The translations under genes and the position numbers were made by a program. Under the pieces are notes generated by a model. It saw only the letters and a program-made list of their open reading frames with translations, did no database searches and was not told the origin of the DNA. Source: an uncultured Gemmatimonadales bacterium (GTDB taxonomy: Bacteria; Gemmatimonadota; Gemmatimonadetes; Longimicrobiales; Longimicrobiaceae). From it: DNA of 64,000 nt. Location: contig OY970303.1 of assembly GCA_963716255.1 (NCBI GenBank), positions 3,936,001-4,000,000 on the forward strand, written 5' to 3'. Positions 11,801 through 21,076 of the stretch are shown here, one piece after another; the stretch's first letter is position 1, and each line of letters opens with the position of its first letter.

Positions 11801-11928
11801 GGGCGTGCCCCCGGCTGCGCCGGGGTCGGGCTTCGGCTCCGTAACGCAGCAAACAACGCTGCGTAACGGAGTCGAGCCCCGCGAAACTGCCCGCGGGTCT
11901 CGCCCCTTCGGGCCGAAATCCCTCACGC
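11801..11928 (+). repeat. Structured dispersed repeat family A, copy 2
   Basis: GGGCGTGCCCCCGG...CCCTCACGC, about 30 nt after the RibD-like stop. Confidence 0.95.
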
Positions 11929-12006
11929 GGGCTCCGGCGCGGCCGCGGCATCCGGCCGGCCCGACTCACACCGATTCCGTGCGAGGCCGAGGATGCCGGA
12001 CGCGCA

Positions 12007-12037
12007 AGGGGCCGTGGTCCACCGGACCACGGCCCCT
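12007..12037. terminator. Perfect hairpin between convergent genes
   Basis: AGGGGCCGTGGTCC-ACC-GGACCACGGCCCCT; no clear U tract. Confidence 0.5.
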
Positions 12038-12062
12038 CGCGCCGTCCCGACCTGCCTGGCCG

Positions 12063-12494
12063 CTACTTGGGCGCGCTCACCACCTTGGCGCTCCACGGGC
12101 AGAAGATGCGCGCCTCGGCGATCCACTTGCCCACGTTCTTCTGCACGAAGCTCGGGCGGCCGTCGCACAGCTCCATGGCCGCGTCCGGCACCTCGATGCT
12201 GGCCGGGTCCAGGTGCCACCCCCACGGCGCGTTGAAGCCGCCGTCGCCCTGCACCACCTCGCCCAGGATCACGCTCACCTCGCCGCTCTGCTGGCGCGCC
12301 GTGAGCGCCGCCACCGCCGCCGGGTCCGTGGCGCGGACGTAGAACCGCTCGCCCGCCACCTCCACCAGGAAGGCGTCGCGGTCGTCCTCCTCGCCGGTGG
12401 GAGAGCTTTCGCACCCGGCCAGGAGGGCCAGCCCGCACGCCAGCCCCGCGGCGGCCGCCCTCCACCTCGCCGGAAATCGGGAGATCCTCGCCAT
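12063..12494 (-). CDS. Small lipoprotein (BP74-like)
   Basis: Lipobox LAGC; WGWHLDP...ELCDGRP...FCPW pattern. Confidence 0.7.
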   Translation of the reverse strand: MARISRFPARWRAAAAGLACGLALLAGCESSPTGEEDDRDAFLVEVAGERFYVRATDPAAVAALTARQQSGEVSVILGEVVQGDGGFNAPWGWHLDPASIEVPDAAMELCDGRPSFVQKNVGKWIAEARIFCPWSAKVVSAPK

Positions 12495-12614
12495 GTTCCT
12501 CTCCGCACTGCGTGGGCGCCTCGCGCCGGAACGGTCCGGGCGGGGCCGAAGGCACACGGCCCGCCCGCGACGAGCGGCGGGGCCGCAGAATGGACGACCG
12601 GGGCCGGCCCCGCG

Positions 12615-13796
12615 TCACACTCCGGTGGAGCGGCCGCGACCGCCGGGCCGTCCTGATACTCCGGACCCCGTGCTTCCGTTCTCTCCCGCCCACTGCCACG
12701 CCGTCCCCTCGTGCAGCGCCGCGTAGACGGCGTCGCGCAGCTCGTTCGCCTCCTCGGCGGTGAGGGTGCGCGCCAGGTCGCGGATCACCAGGCGTACCAG
12801 CACGTTCTTCTGGCCGGGGAGGATCCCCAGGCGCTCCGCGGCGGCGGGCGGGAGCGCCTCGCCGGCCGTCTCGGACAGCACCTCCACCGCCTCCAGTGCC
12901 CCGGCCCGCGCGCCGAGCGCCTGGCGCACCCGGTCGCCGATCTCCTCCGCGGTGCGGCCGGGCGCGGTCGCCACCGACAGGTCGCGGCGCACGGCCGGCT
13001 GGTGGGACACGGGGCGCCAGGGAGCCAGGTCCAGCATCTGCGCGGCGACGCGGGGATCCTCCGAGCGGAGGAGGCGGATGTCGTCGATCCCCTTGGCCAG
13101 CATCAGCAGCCGGTCCAGCCCCAGCCCCATCGCCAGGCCGGCGTGCCGCCGCGGGTCCAGCCCCGCCTCCGCGAGCAGGGCGGGGAGCGCCAGGCCGCAC
13201 TCGCCCACCTCCACCCACCGCGCGCCGTCGCGCACCTCGATCTCCAGCCCGCGCAGCGTGTAGGGGTGCTCGGAGGGGTTGCAGCGGAGCGCGGCCCCGG
13301 GGAGGGCGGCGCCCACCGCCGCGTCCACCATCTCCCGGAGCGCGTCCGTGCCCAGCGGCCGCTCCGCCACGCGCCACAGGTCGGCCTGGTGCGGCTCGCC
13401 CACGTGCAGCCGGTCGATGGCGTCGCGGCGGTACACCAGCCCGGGGCAGACCAGGAGCACGTCCGCGGGCGGGTCGTCCGCCAGCAGCCGCAGGGCGGGC
13501 GGGACCATCGCGGTGGTGCTGGTGCGCAGCAGGGTGTTCGGGCCCACGTAGCGGGTGTGCCGCGCGTCGCGGGCGGCGCCGCCGGGCGGGTAGTGGAGGC
13601 GGTCGTAGTTGTCCGCCACGGACACCACGGGGTCCGCGCGGTGGGTGCGGACGGCGCAGCCCCACCGGGCGGACAGGGCGCCCGTCACGCGCCCCAGCAG
13701 GAGCTGCATGGCGTGCGGGCCGCGGGCGGGGTCGGTGAGGTCGCGCAGCTCCAGCGCGCGGCGGAGCGCTTCGGGAGTCGGGGTCGCGGGGTGCAT
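12615..13796 (-). CDS. Single-chain PheRS-like protein: class II catalytic domain plus FDX-ACB anticodon-binding domain (PheS-related ligase, SrmL-type)
   Basis: LLRTSTTA, PGLVYRRDAIDRLHVGEPHQ (motif 2), EVGECG, GLAMGLGLDRLLM...IDDIR (motif 3); C-terminal RRDLSV...RTLTAEEAN. Confidence 0.85.
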   Translation of the reverse strand: MHPATPTPEALRRALELRDLTDPARGPHAMQLLLGRVTGALSARWGCAVRTHRADPVVSVADNYDRLHYPPGGAARDARHTRYVGPNTLLRTSTTAMVPPALRLLADDPPADVLLVCPGLVYRRDAIDRLHVGEPHQADLWRVAERPLGTDALREMVDAAVGAALPGAALRCNPSEHPYTLRGLEIEVRDGARWVEVGECGLALPALLAEAGLDPRRHAGLAMGLGLDRLLMLAKGIDDIRLLRSEDPRVAAQMLDLAPWRPVSHQPAVRRDLSVATAPGRTAEEIGDRVRQALGARAGALEAVEVLSETAGEALPPAAAERLGILPGQKNVLVRLVIRDLARTLTAEEANELRDAVYAALHEGTAWQWAGENGSTGSGVSGRPGGRGRSTGV

Positions 13797-13855
13797 GGGT
13801 ATCTCTCTCGGGCTCGTGTCCGGGGGAGCCGGGGCGGAGTGCCCCGGCGCGCAGG

Positions 13856-13892
13856 AAAACGAAAGACCCCCCGGACCGGAGTCCGGGGGGCC
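13856..13892 (-). terminator. Intrinsic terminator in the leader of the PheRS-like gene
   Basis: Minus strand CCCCCCGGAC-TCCG-GTCCGGGGGG followed by TCTTTCGTTTT, about 60 nt before the ATG. Confidence 0.85.
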
Positions 13893-13928
13893 TGGCCGCC
13901 TGCGCCACGCCGAAGAGGTTGTCCGCGC

Positions 13929-14012
13929 TTATGTCGCGCGCGCGCACGCCTCCCACGCCCCGGACCGGTTCGGGGGGCGGATAAATCGGCGGGTGTGCGG
14001 CGCGTGCGTCAC
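13929..14012 (-). CDS. Putative attenuator leader peptide MTHAPHTRRFIRPPNRSGAWEACARAT
   Basis: GGAG RBS 8 nt before GTG, TAA stop; contains CCGGTCCGGGG, which is complementary to the terminator 5' arm. Confidence 0.65.
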   Translation of the reverse strand: MTHAPHTRRFIRPPNRSGAWEACARAT

Positions 14013-14045
14013 GGCGGCGGCTCCGGGAAAGGGTGTGCCGCACCC

Positions 14046-14073
14046 AAGATAACCGCCGGCGCAGGTTTTTCAA
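14046..14073 (-). promoter_or_regulatory. Sigma70-type promoter for the leader and PheRS-like gene
   Basis: TTGAAA-16 nt-TATCTT. Confidence 0.65.
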
Positions 14074-14212
14074 ACCTTCGCCGCCCGCGGGGCGGGCGTG
14101 CAAGAAGGCCCTTGATGAACGGACGGCTCGCGCGCAAACTTGCGATCGGGGGACGGATCCCCCACGCCCCGTCCGCCGCCCCGCCCGTCCGGCTCCCCGC
14201 GGAGGTGCCCCC

Positions 14213-14794
14213 ATGCAGCCGTTTCCCCAGCCGATCCTCCCCGCCGAGGTCACCGGGCTCCTGCGCGCCGCGGGGGACGGCGACCGCGGGGCCTTCGACC
14301 GGCTGTTCCCGCTGGTGTACGCCGAGCTGCGCGCCCTGGCCGACCGGCAGCTGCGCGGCGAGGCCGTGGGGCACACGCTGCAGGCCACCGCCCTGGTCCA
14401 CGAGGCGTACCTCAAGCTGGCCGCGCCGGACGGCGCCGCGGCGTGGAGCGACCGGGCCCACTTCTTCGGCATCGCCTCGCGGGCCATGCGGCAGGTGCTG
14501 GTGGACCACGCGCGCCGGCGCCGGGCGGACAAGCGGGGCGGCGCCTGGTCGCGCACCACCCTTTCGGACAAGCCGCTGGCGCTGGACGCCGACCCCGAGG
14601 AGCTGCTGGCGCTCGACGCCGCGCTGGAGGGGCTGGAGCCCCGGCAGCGCGAGATCGTGGAGATGCGCTTCTTCGGCGGGATGACCGAGGAGGAAGTGGC
14701 GGCGGTGCTCGGCGTTTCCGACCGCACCGTGCGGCGCGAGTGGGTCAAGGCGCGCGCCTGGCTCTACGACGCGCTCTACCCGGACGCCGGGTGA
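14213..14794 (+). CDS. ECF sigma factor of the Ser/Thr-kinase-associated type
   Basis: LFPLVYAELRALA, HTLQATALVHEAYLKL, AMRQVLVDHAR, RTVRREWVKARAWL. Confidence 0.9.
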   Translation: MQPFPQPILPAEVTGLLRAAGDGDRGAFDRLFPLVYAELRALADRQLRGEAVGHTLQATALVHEAYLKLAAPDGAAAWSDRAHFFGIASRAMRQVLVDHARRRRADKRGGAWSRTTLSDKPLALDADPEELLALDAALEGLEPRQREIVEMRFFGGMTEEEVAAVLGVSDRTVRREWVKARAWLYDALYPDAG

Positions 14795-14803
14795 GGAGGG
14801 GCC

Positions 14804-17380
14804 GTGCAGGCCGACGCCAGGAAGCGGGTAGAGGAGCTGTTCGAGGCCGCGCTGGACCGGCCGGCGGGCGAGCGCGCCGCCTGGCTGCGCGAGGCGTGCT
14901 GGAACGACCCCGAGCTCCACGACCGCGTGCAGCGGCTGCTGGCCGCCCACGAGCGCACCGGGGGCGTGCTGGAGCACCCGGTGGACGGGGCGGCGGCGCT
15001 GCTGGGGCCGCGGCTGCGGCGGGAAACGCTGGCGCGGGTGGGGCCGTACCGGCTGGTGCGCGAGATCGGCCGCGGGGGGATGGGGAGCGTGTTCCTGGCC
15101 GAGCGCGACGACGACCAGTTCCGGCAGCAGGTCGCCGTCAAGCTGGTCGCTCCGGAGCTGGACAGCGAGGAGGTGGTGCGGCGCTTCCGCGCCGAGCGGC
15201 AGATCCTGGCCTCGCTCCAGCACCCCGGGATCGCGCGGCTGCTGGACGGCGGCGTCGCGGAGGACGGACGCCCGTACCTGGTGATGGAGTACGTGGACGG
15301 CGAGCCCGTGGACGCGTACTGCGACCGGCGCTCCCTCCCCCTGGACGCGCGGCTGCGGCTGTTCTGCACCGTGGCGCGGGCCGTCCACCACGCCCACCGC
15401 AACCTGGTGGTGCACCGCGACCTCAAGCCCCACAACGTCCTGGTCTCCCGCCAGGGCGAGGTCCGCCTGCTGGACTTCGGCATCGCCAAGCTGCTGGACC
15501 CCGCGTCGCTCCCCCACACCGTCCCCGTGACCCGCACGGGCGACCGCCTGATGACCCCGCAGTACGCCGCCCCCGAGCAGGTGCGCGGCGGCCCCGTCAC
15601 CACCGCCGTGGACGTGTACGGGCTGGGGCTGCTGCTGTACGAGCTGCTTTCCGGGCGGCGCCCGTACGAGCTGCGGGGCCGCCCCCCCGCCGAAGCCGAG
15701 CGGCTGGTGTGCGAGGCCGAGCCCCCGCGCCCCAGCGCCGCCGCCGTGCTCCCCCCGGACGCCCCGGACGGCCCCACCGCCGCCGCAGCCGCCCGCGCCC
15801 GCGGCACCACCCCCGAGCGCCTGCGCCGCCGCCTGGCGGGCGACCTGGACCGCATCGCCATGACCGCGCTCCGCAAGGAGCCCGAGCGCCGCTACCCCTC
15901 CGCCGAGCAGCTGGCCGAGGACGTGGAGCGCTGCCTGGCCGGCCGCCCGGTGCGGGCGCGCGGCGACTCCCCCACCTACCGGGTGCGCAAGTTCACCGGC
16001 CGGCACCGCTGGGGCGTGGCCACGGCCGCCGCGTTCCTGACGCTGCTGGTGGGCTACGCCGCCACCGCCACCCTGCAGGTGCGCCGGGTGGAGCGCGCGC
16101 TGGAGCAGAAGCGCCTGGAGGCCGAGAAAGCCGAGCAGGTCACCGCCTTCACCCTGGGGCTGTTCGAGGCCGGCGACCCCGCGCGCGCCCGGGTGGACTC
16201 GCTCACCGTGCGCGAGCTCCTGCGCCGCGGCGAGGAGCGCGCCGGGCGGCTGCAGGGCCGCCCCGCCGCCCAGGCCCAGATGCTGGACGTCATGGGCCGC
16301 GTCCACCAGCAGCTCGCCGAGTACGACCGCGCCCAGCCCCTGCTGGAGAGGGCGCTGGCGCTGCGGCGCCGGGCCTTCGGCGAGCGCAGCGAAGCCGTCG
16401 CCGAGAGCCTGCTGCACCTGGGCGAGCTCCTGTACCTGCGCGGCCGCTACGCCCAGGCCGAGCCGCTGTACCGGCGCGCGCTGGCGCTCCAGCGCCAGCT
16501 GCTGGGCGAGCCCCACCCGGCCGTGGCCCAGTCCATCGCCGCCCTGGGCATCCTGCTCCAGGCCCGCGGCGACTACGCCGGCGCCGAGCGGCTGACGCGC
16601 GAGGCGCTGGCCATGCGCACCGCGCTGCACGGCCCCAACCACGCCGACGTCGCCGAGAGCCTGCACGCCCTCGCCCGCCAGCTCCAGCTCCAGGACCGGC
16701 CCGCCGAGGCCGAGCCGCTCCTGCGCGAAGCGCTGGCGCTGCGGCGCCGCATCTTCGGCGACGGGCATCCCGAGGTGGCGGACGCGCGCAGCCACCTGGG
16801 GCTGTTCCTGTTCCAGCAGGGAAGGGAAGCCGAGGCCGAGCCCCTGTACCGCGAAGCGCTCGCCGTCCGCCGCCGCGCGCTGGGCGACGACCACCCCGAC
16901 GTGTCGCTCGGCCTGGGGATGCTGGGCGCGGTCAGCCGGCGCCGGGGCCGGCTCGCCGAGGCCGAGTCGCTGTACCACGAAGCCGTCGAGCTGGGGCGCC
17001 GCTCGCTGGGCCCCGGGCACCCGGACCAGGCCCACACGCTCAACGGCCTGGCGCTGGTCCTCCGCGACCGCGGGCGCCTGGCCGAGGCCGACTCCCTGTA
17101 CCGGGAGGTGCTGGCCATCCGCCGCCGCGCCCTGGGCGAGGAGCACCCGGCCATCGCCATGACGCTGGCCCAGCTGGGCGGGGTGCTCCGGGAGCGCGGC
17201 GACCTGGCGGGGGCCGAGGCGATGCTGCTGCGCTCCTTCCGCATGCGCCGCAGGCTCCTGGGCGACGCCCACCCGCACGTGTCCGAATCGGCGTCGCTGC
17301 TGGCGTCGCTGTACGAGGCATCCGGGCGTCCGGCGCAGGCGCGTGCCTATCAGGCGTTCGTGCGTCAAACGGCGAACTGA
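14804..17380 (+). CDS. Membrane Ser/Thr protein kinase with C-terminal TPR array
   Basis: GRGGMG, VAVK, HRDLKPHN, DFG, APE; one TM segment; repeated ~42-aa TPR units. Confidence 0.93.
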   Translation: MQADARKRVEELFEAALDRPAGERAAWLREACWNDPELHDRVQRLLAAHERTGGVLEHPVDGAAALLGPRLRRETLARVGPYRLVREIGRGGMGSVFLAERDDDQFRQQVAVKLVAPELDSEEVVRRFRAERQILASLQHPGIARLLDGGVAEDGRPYLVMEYVDGEPVDAYCDRRSLPLDARLRLFCTVARAVHHAHRNLVVHRDLKPHNVLVSRQGEVRLLDFGIAKLLDPASLPHTVPVTRTGDRLMTPQYAAPEQVRGGPVTTAVDVYGLGLLLYELLSGRRPYELRGRPPAEAERLVCEAEPPRPSAAAVLPPDAPDGPTAAAAARARGTTPERLRRRLAGDLDRIAMTALRKEPERRYPSAEQLAEDVERCLAGRPVRARGDSPTYRVRKFTGRHRWGVATAAAFLTLLVGYAATATLQVRRVERALEQKRLEAEKAEQVTAFTLGLFEAGDPARARVDSLTVRELLRRGEERAGRLQGRPAAQAQMLDVMGRVHQQLAEYDRAQPLLERALALRRRAFGERSEAVAESLLHLGELLYLRGRYAQAEPLYRRALALQRQLLGEPHPAVAQSIAALGILLQARGDYAGAERLTREALAMRTALHGPNHADVAESLHALARQLQLQDRPAEAEPLLREALALRRRIFGDGHPEVADARSHLGLFLFQQGREAEAEPLYREALAVRRRALGDDHPDVSLGLGMLGAVSRRRGRLAEAESLYHEAVELGRRSLGPGHPDQAHTLNGLALVLRDRGRLAEADSLYREVLAIRRRALGEEHPAIAMTLAQLGGVLRERGDLAGAEAMLLRSFRMRRRLLGDAHPHVSESASLLASLYEASGRPAQARAYQAFVRQTAN

Positions 17381-17397
17381 TCGTGCACGGCGGGTCC

Positions 17398-17526
17398 GGG
17401 CGTGCCCCCGGCTGGCGCCGGGGTCGGGCTTCGGCTCCGTAGCAGACGATACTACCGTCTGCTACGGAGTCGAGCCCCGGCAAACAGCCGCCGGGTCTCG
17501 CCCCTTCGGGCCGAAATCCCTCACGC
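17398..17526 (+). repeat. Structured dispersed repeat family A, copy 3
   Basis: Full consensus, 17 nt after the kinase stop. Confidence 0.95.
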
Positions 17527-17740
17527 GGGCATCGCGCTGGCGCCCGCGGCTCGTCACGCGCGGTCGCGGCTGGGCCCGCGCCGCCGCGGCCCGTCCCACC
17601 CGCGTTGCGGGTGCGGGACGCGAGCGCGACGTTGTACGCGCGGGAGGCCGCCGCCCTTCCCGGGAACCCGGCGCGGGGGGCGGGGTTCACCATCCACCCG
17701 CCCCGCCCCCGCCCCGCTCCAGACAGCGAGGACCGAACCG

Positions 17741-18922
17741 TTGGCTCCCCCGCGCGACCCTCGTCGCCCGTCCCCCGCCGGCATCGCCACCCCTCCCTTC
17801 CGTCCCGTGGGGTGGGGGCCGATCGCCGCGTTCTGGGTCGCCGCCGCGCTCTTCCTGTACAGCCAGAGGCTGCTCTGGGCGGCCATGGGCATCTCGCGCA
17901 TGGAGGTGCGCGAGGTGCGGATCCCGGCCGCGGTGGCGTACGCCGTGTGCATGGGGCTGTGGGCGCTCCTCACCCCGGGGCTGCTGCGGCTGGTGGAGCG
18001 CTTCCACTTCCAGCGGGGCGCGCGGCTGCGCTCCTCGCTGGTGCACGGCGTCCTGGGCACCGCGCTGGCGGTGGGGATGAACGCGGTGGGGTGGGACCTG
18101 GCGCGCCACCTGTACGGACGCCCGCAGCTGCGCCTGGAGGTGTACCTGGTCAACAACCTGGACACCGACCTGTTCCTGTACCTGATCGTGGTGGGCGGGG
18201 CGAGCGCGCTGCGCTTCCACCGCGACTTCCGCGAGCAGGAAGTGCGCGCCGCCCGCCTCCAGGCCCGCCTCGCCGGGGAGCGGCTGGAGGCGGTCAAGAT
18301 GCGCCTGGAGCCGCCCTTCCTGTACGCCGCGCTGGACTCCGTGGCCGCCGCCGTGCGCCGGGACCCCGACCGGGCCGAGCTGATGGTGTCCAGCCTGGGC
18401 GACGTGCTGCGCGCCAAGGTGGCCAGCGCCGGCGCCGAGCTGGTGCCGCTGCGCGACGAGCTGGAGTTCGCCGCCGCGTACGCCGAGCTGCAGCGCCTGC
18501 GCGCCGGGGACGCCTTCCGGGTGGAGCTGGACGCGGCGCCCGACGCGGCGGGCGCCCTCGTCCCCCCCTTCGTCCTGCAGCCTCTCCTGGACGAGGCGGT
18601 CCGCGTGGCCTCCGGCGCCGCCGGCGGCGGCCCGCCCCCGCGCCTGGCCGTGCAGGCCGGCCGCAGCGGCGGCTCGCTGGCGCTGGAGGTGCGGACGCCG
18701 GGCGGCCCCGCCGCGGACCCCGCCGGAGAGCCGGCCGGCCTGCGCGAGCTGCGCGCCCGCCTGCACCAGGCCTTCGGGCCCGACTACACGCTGGTCGCCT
18801 CGCGCGCCGGCGGCGGCTGGGCCGCGCGCCTGGTGCTTCCGCTGGTGGAGGAGGCCGGGGAGCCGGCCGGCGCCGTCCCCGGCGGCGAAGCGTCCCTCCT
18901 CGCGCCGCGGGGGGCGCCGTGA
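17741..18922 (+). CDS. LytS/YehU-like membrane sensor with degenerate kinase motifs (pseudokinase)
   Basis: About 4 TM helices; H-box reads LEPPFLYAAL instead of xxPHFLFNxL; N and G boxes eroded; TTG start with GAGGA inferred. Confidence 0.75.
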   Translation: MAPPRDPRRPSPAGIATPPFRPVGWGPIAAFWVAAALFLYSQRLLWAAMGISRMEVREVRIPAAVAYAVCMGLWALLTPGLLRLVERFHFQRGARLRSSLVHGVLGTALAVGMNAVGWDLARHLYGRPQLRLEVYLVNNLDTDLFLYLIVVGGASALRFHRDFREQEVRAARLQARLAGERLEAVKMRLEPPFLYAALDSVAAAVRRDPDRAELMVSSLGDVLRAKVASAGAELVPLRDELEFAAAYAELQRLRAGDAFRVELDAAPDAAGALVPPFVLQPLLDEAVRVASGAAGGGPPPRLAVQAGRSGGSLALEVRTPGGPAADPAGEPAGLRELRARLHQAFGPDYTLVASRAGGGWAARLVLPLVEEAGEPAGAVPGGEASLLAPRGAP

Positions 18923-20061
18923 CGCCCCCGTCCGTCGCCGTCCCGCCCGCCGCACCGCGGCGCATCGGCCCCTGGCCCGCGCGGCGCTGGGCGTGGGTCG
19001 CGGCCATCTGGCTGGCGTACGGCGCGCTCGACTGGGCGCGCAACTACCTGCGGCACGTCCTGGCCGACGACGCCGCCTCCTTTCCGGCCGGCGAAGCCGC
19101 CTGGGAGCGCCTGGTGGACGCCCTGGCCTGGACGCTCTTCACCCCCGCCATCCTGTGGGTGGTGGAGCGCTGGACACTGCGGCGCGAGCGCCGCGCGGGG
19201 CCGCTGCTGGCGCTGCTGGCCGCCGGGGTGGGGTTCTCGCTGCTGGGCGTGGCCGTGAACTGGGCCGCCGGGCCGCTGCTCACCGGCCGCGACACCACCT
19301 ACCTCCAGTACCTGGGCGGCGTGGTGCACGCCAACCTGCTGTCGTACGCCGCGCTGGTGGCCGTGGGGCACGTGCTCGCCTACCAGCGCCGCGGGCGCGA
19401 GCGCGCCGTGCGCGCCGCGCAGCTGGAGGCCCAGCTCGCCGTGGCCCGGCTGGAAGCCCTCAAGACCCAGATCGAGCCCCACTTCCTCTTCAACGCCCTT
19501 GGCTCCGTGTCCGAGCTGATCCACGAGAACCCCGCCGCCGCCGAGCGCATGGTGGCGAGCCTGCGCGACCTGCTCCACCTCACCCTGGAGCGCGGCCCCG
19601 CCCCCGAGGTCACCCTGCGCGACGAGCTGCGCGTGCTGGACGCCTACCTGCGCATCCAGCAGACGCGCTTCCAGGACCGCCTGCGCGTGCGCGCCGAGGT
19701 CGACCCCGACACCCTGGACGCGTGCGTCCCCGCGCTGGTGCTCCAGCCGCTGGTGGAGAACGCCGTCAAGCACGGCATCGCCCCGCGCGCCGCCCCGGGG
19801 CACGTCGTGGTGGCCGCGCGCCGCGAGGGGAGCGACCTGCTGCTGGAGGTGCGCGACGACGGCGTGGGCTTCCGCCCGCGCCCCGGGGGCCGCCAGGGGG
19901 TAGGGCTGCGCAACACGGTCCTCCGCCTGGAGCGGCTGTACGGCCCCGGCGCGCGCCTGGAGGTGGCCCCGGCCGGGGGCGGCGGCACCACCGTGCGCAT
20001 CGCCCTGCCCTTCCACACCGCTCCCGCCGCGGTGCCCGCCGGCGCCGGGGAGGACGCGTGA
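18919..20061 (+). CDS. LytS/YehU family sensor histidine kinase
   Basis: QIEPHFLFNAL, LQPLVENAVKHG, DDGVG, GVGLRN; GTGA overlap with the upstream gene. Confidence 0.9.
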   Translation: MTPPSVAVPPAAPRRIGPWPARRWAWVAAIWLAYGALDWARNYLRHVLADDAASFPAGEAAWERLVDALAWTLFTPAILWVVERWTLRRERRAGPLLALLAAGVGFSLLGVAVNWAAGPLLTGRDTTYLQYLGGVVHANLLSYAALVAVGHVLAYQRRGRERAVRAAQLEAQLAVARLEALKTQIEPHFLFNALGSVSELIHENPAAAERMVASLRDLLHLTLERGPAPEVTLRDELRVLDAYLRIQQTRFQDRLRVRAEVDPDTLDACVPALVLQPLVENAVKHGIAPRAAPGHVVVAARREGSDLLLEVRDDGVGFRPRPGGRQGVGLRNTVLRLERLYGPGARLEVAPAGGGGTTVRIALPFHTAPAAVPAGAGEDA

Positions 20062-20864
20062 CGACCCCGCTGCGGGCCGTGGTGGTGGACGACGAGCCGC
20101 TGGCCCGCCGGCGCGTCGTGCGGCTGCTGAAGCGCGAGCCGGACGTGGAGGTGGTCGCCGTGTGCGGCGACGGGCGCGAGGCGGTGCAGGCCGTGCACGC
20201 CCACGCCCCCGACCTCCTCTTCCTGGACGTGCAGATGCCCGAGATGAACGGCGTGGACGTGATCCGCGCCCTGGACCCCGGGTGCCGCCCCGCCGTGGTG
20301 TTCATCACCGCGTACGACCAGTACGCCATCCAGGCGTTCGAGGTGCACGCCCTGGACTACCTGCTCAAGCCCTTCGCCCCCACGCGCTTCCAGGAGGCGG
20401 TGCAGCGCGCCCGCGACCAGCTCCGCGTCGCCCGGCCCGACGTGGCGCGGCAGCTCCGCGACGCCCTGCTCGGCCCCGAGCCCCCCTCCGCCGAGGGCGA
20501 GCCGCCCGCGCTGGAGCCCCCCGCCGGGAGCGCCCCGCTCTCCCGCATCCTGGTCAAGGACGCCGGCAAGATGTTCTTCGTCCGCGTCGCCGACGTGGAC
20601 TGGATCGAGGCCGAGGGCAACTACGTGCGCCTGCATGCGGGAGCGAAGTCGCACCTGGCCCGCGGCCGCATCAACGTACTGGAGGAGCGCCTGCCGCCGG
20701 ACCAGTTCGCCCGCATCCACCGCTCCACCATCGTCAACCTGGACCGCATCAAGGAAGTGTACCCGTGGTTCGGCGGCGACTACGTGGTCGTCCTGCACGA
20801 CGCCACGCAGCTCAAGCTCAGCCGCAGCTATCGAGGGCGATTGTTGGTGCAGAGGATCGAATAG
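20058..20864 (+). CDS. LytTR family response regulator
   Basis: DDEPLAR, FLDVQMP, DYLLKPF, FARIHRSTIVN. Confidence 0.93.
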   Translation: MTTPLRAVVVDDEPLARRRVVRLLKREPDVEVVAVCGDGREAVQAVHAHAPDLLFLDVQMPEMNGVDVIRALDPGCRPAVVFITAYDQYAIQAFEVHALDYLLKPFAPTRFQEAVQRARDQLRVARPDVARQLRDALLGPEPPSAEGEPPALEPPAGSAPLSRILVKDAGKMFFVRVADVDWIEAEGNYVRLHAGAKSHLARGRINVLEERLPPDQFARIHRSTIVNLDRIKEVYPWFGGDYVVVLHDATQLKLSRSYRGRLLVQRIE

Positions 20865-20887
20865 AATGGTTTCGAACGGCGGGATTT

Positions 20888-21016
20888 GGGCGTGCCCCCG
20901 GCTGGCGCCGGGGTCGGGCTTCGGCTCCGTAGGGCTGCAAACAACGCAGCCCAACGGAGTCGAGCCCGCGCAAACAGCCGCGCGGTCTCGCCCCTTCGGG
21001 CCGAAATCCCTCACGC
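20888..21016 (+). repeat. Structured dispersed repeat family A, copy 4
   Basis: Full consensus, 23 nt after the response regulator stop. Confidence 0.95.
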
Positions 21017-21076
21017 GGCTCCCAGCTGGCGTCCGCAGGGACGACGCTGCGTGGCCGCCGCACGCCGCCAGCCGCT

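Noticed and set aside
13797..14045. T-box riboswitch upstream of the PheRS-like gene (and of leuS)
   Set aside because: No T-box antiterminator consensus found; the leader-peptide model fits better.
16250..17330. Approximately 126-nt periodicity in the kinase gene
   Set aside because: Explained by ordinary TPR protein repeats.
14009..17368. Very long antisense or alternate-frame ORFs (also 28216-31974, 50188-53865, 47765-50785)
   Set aside because: Shadow ORFs expected at very high GC; they overlap well-supported genes and have R/P/A/G-rich, motif-free translations.
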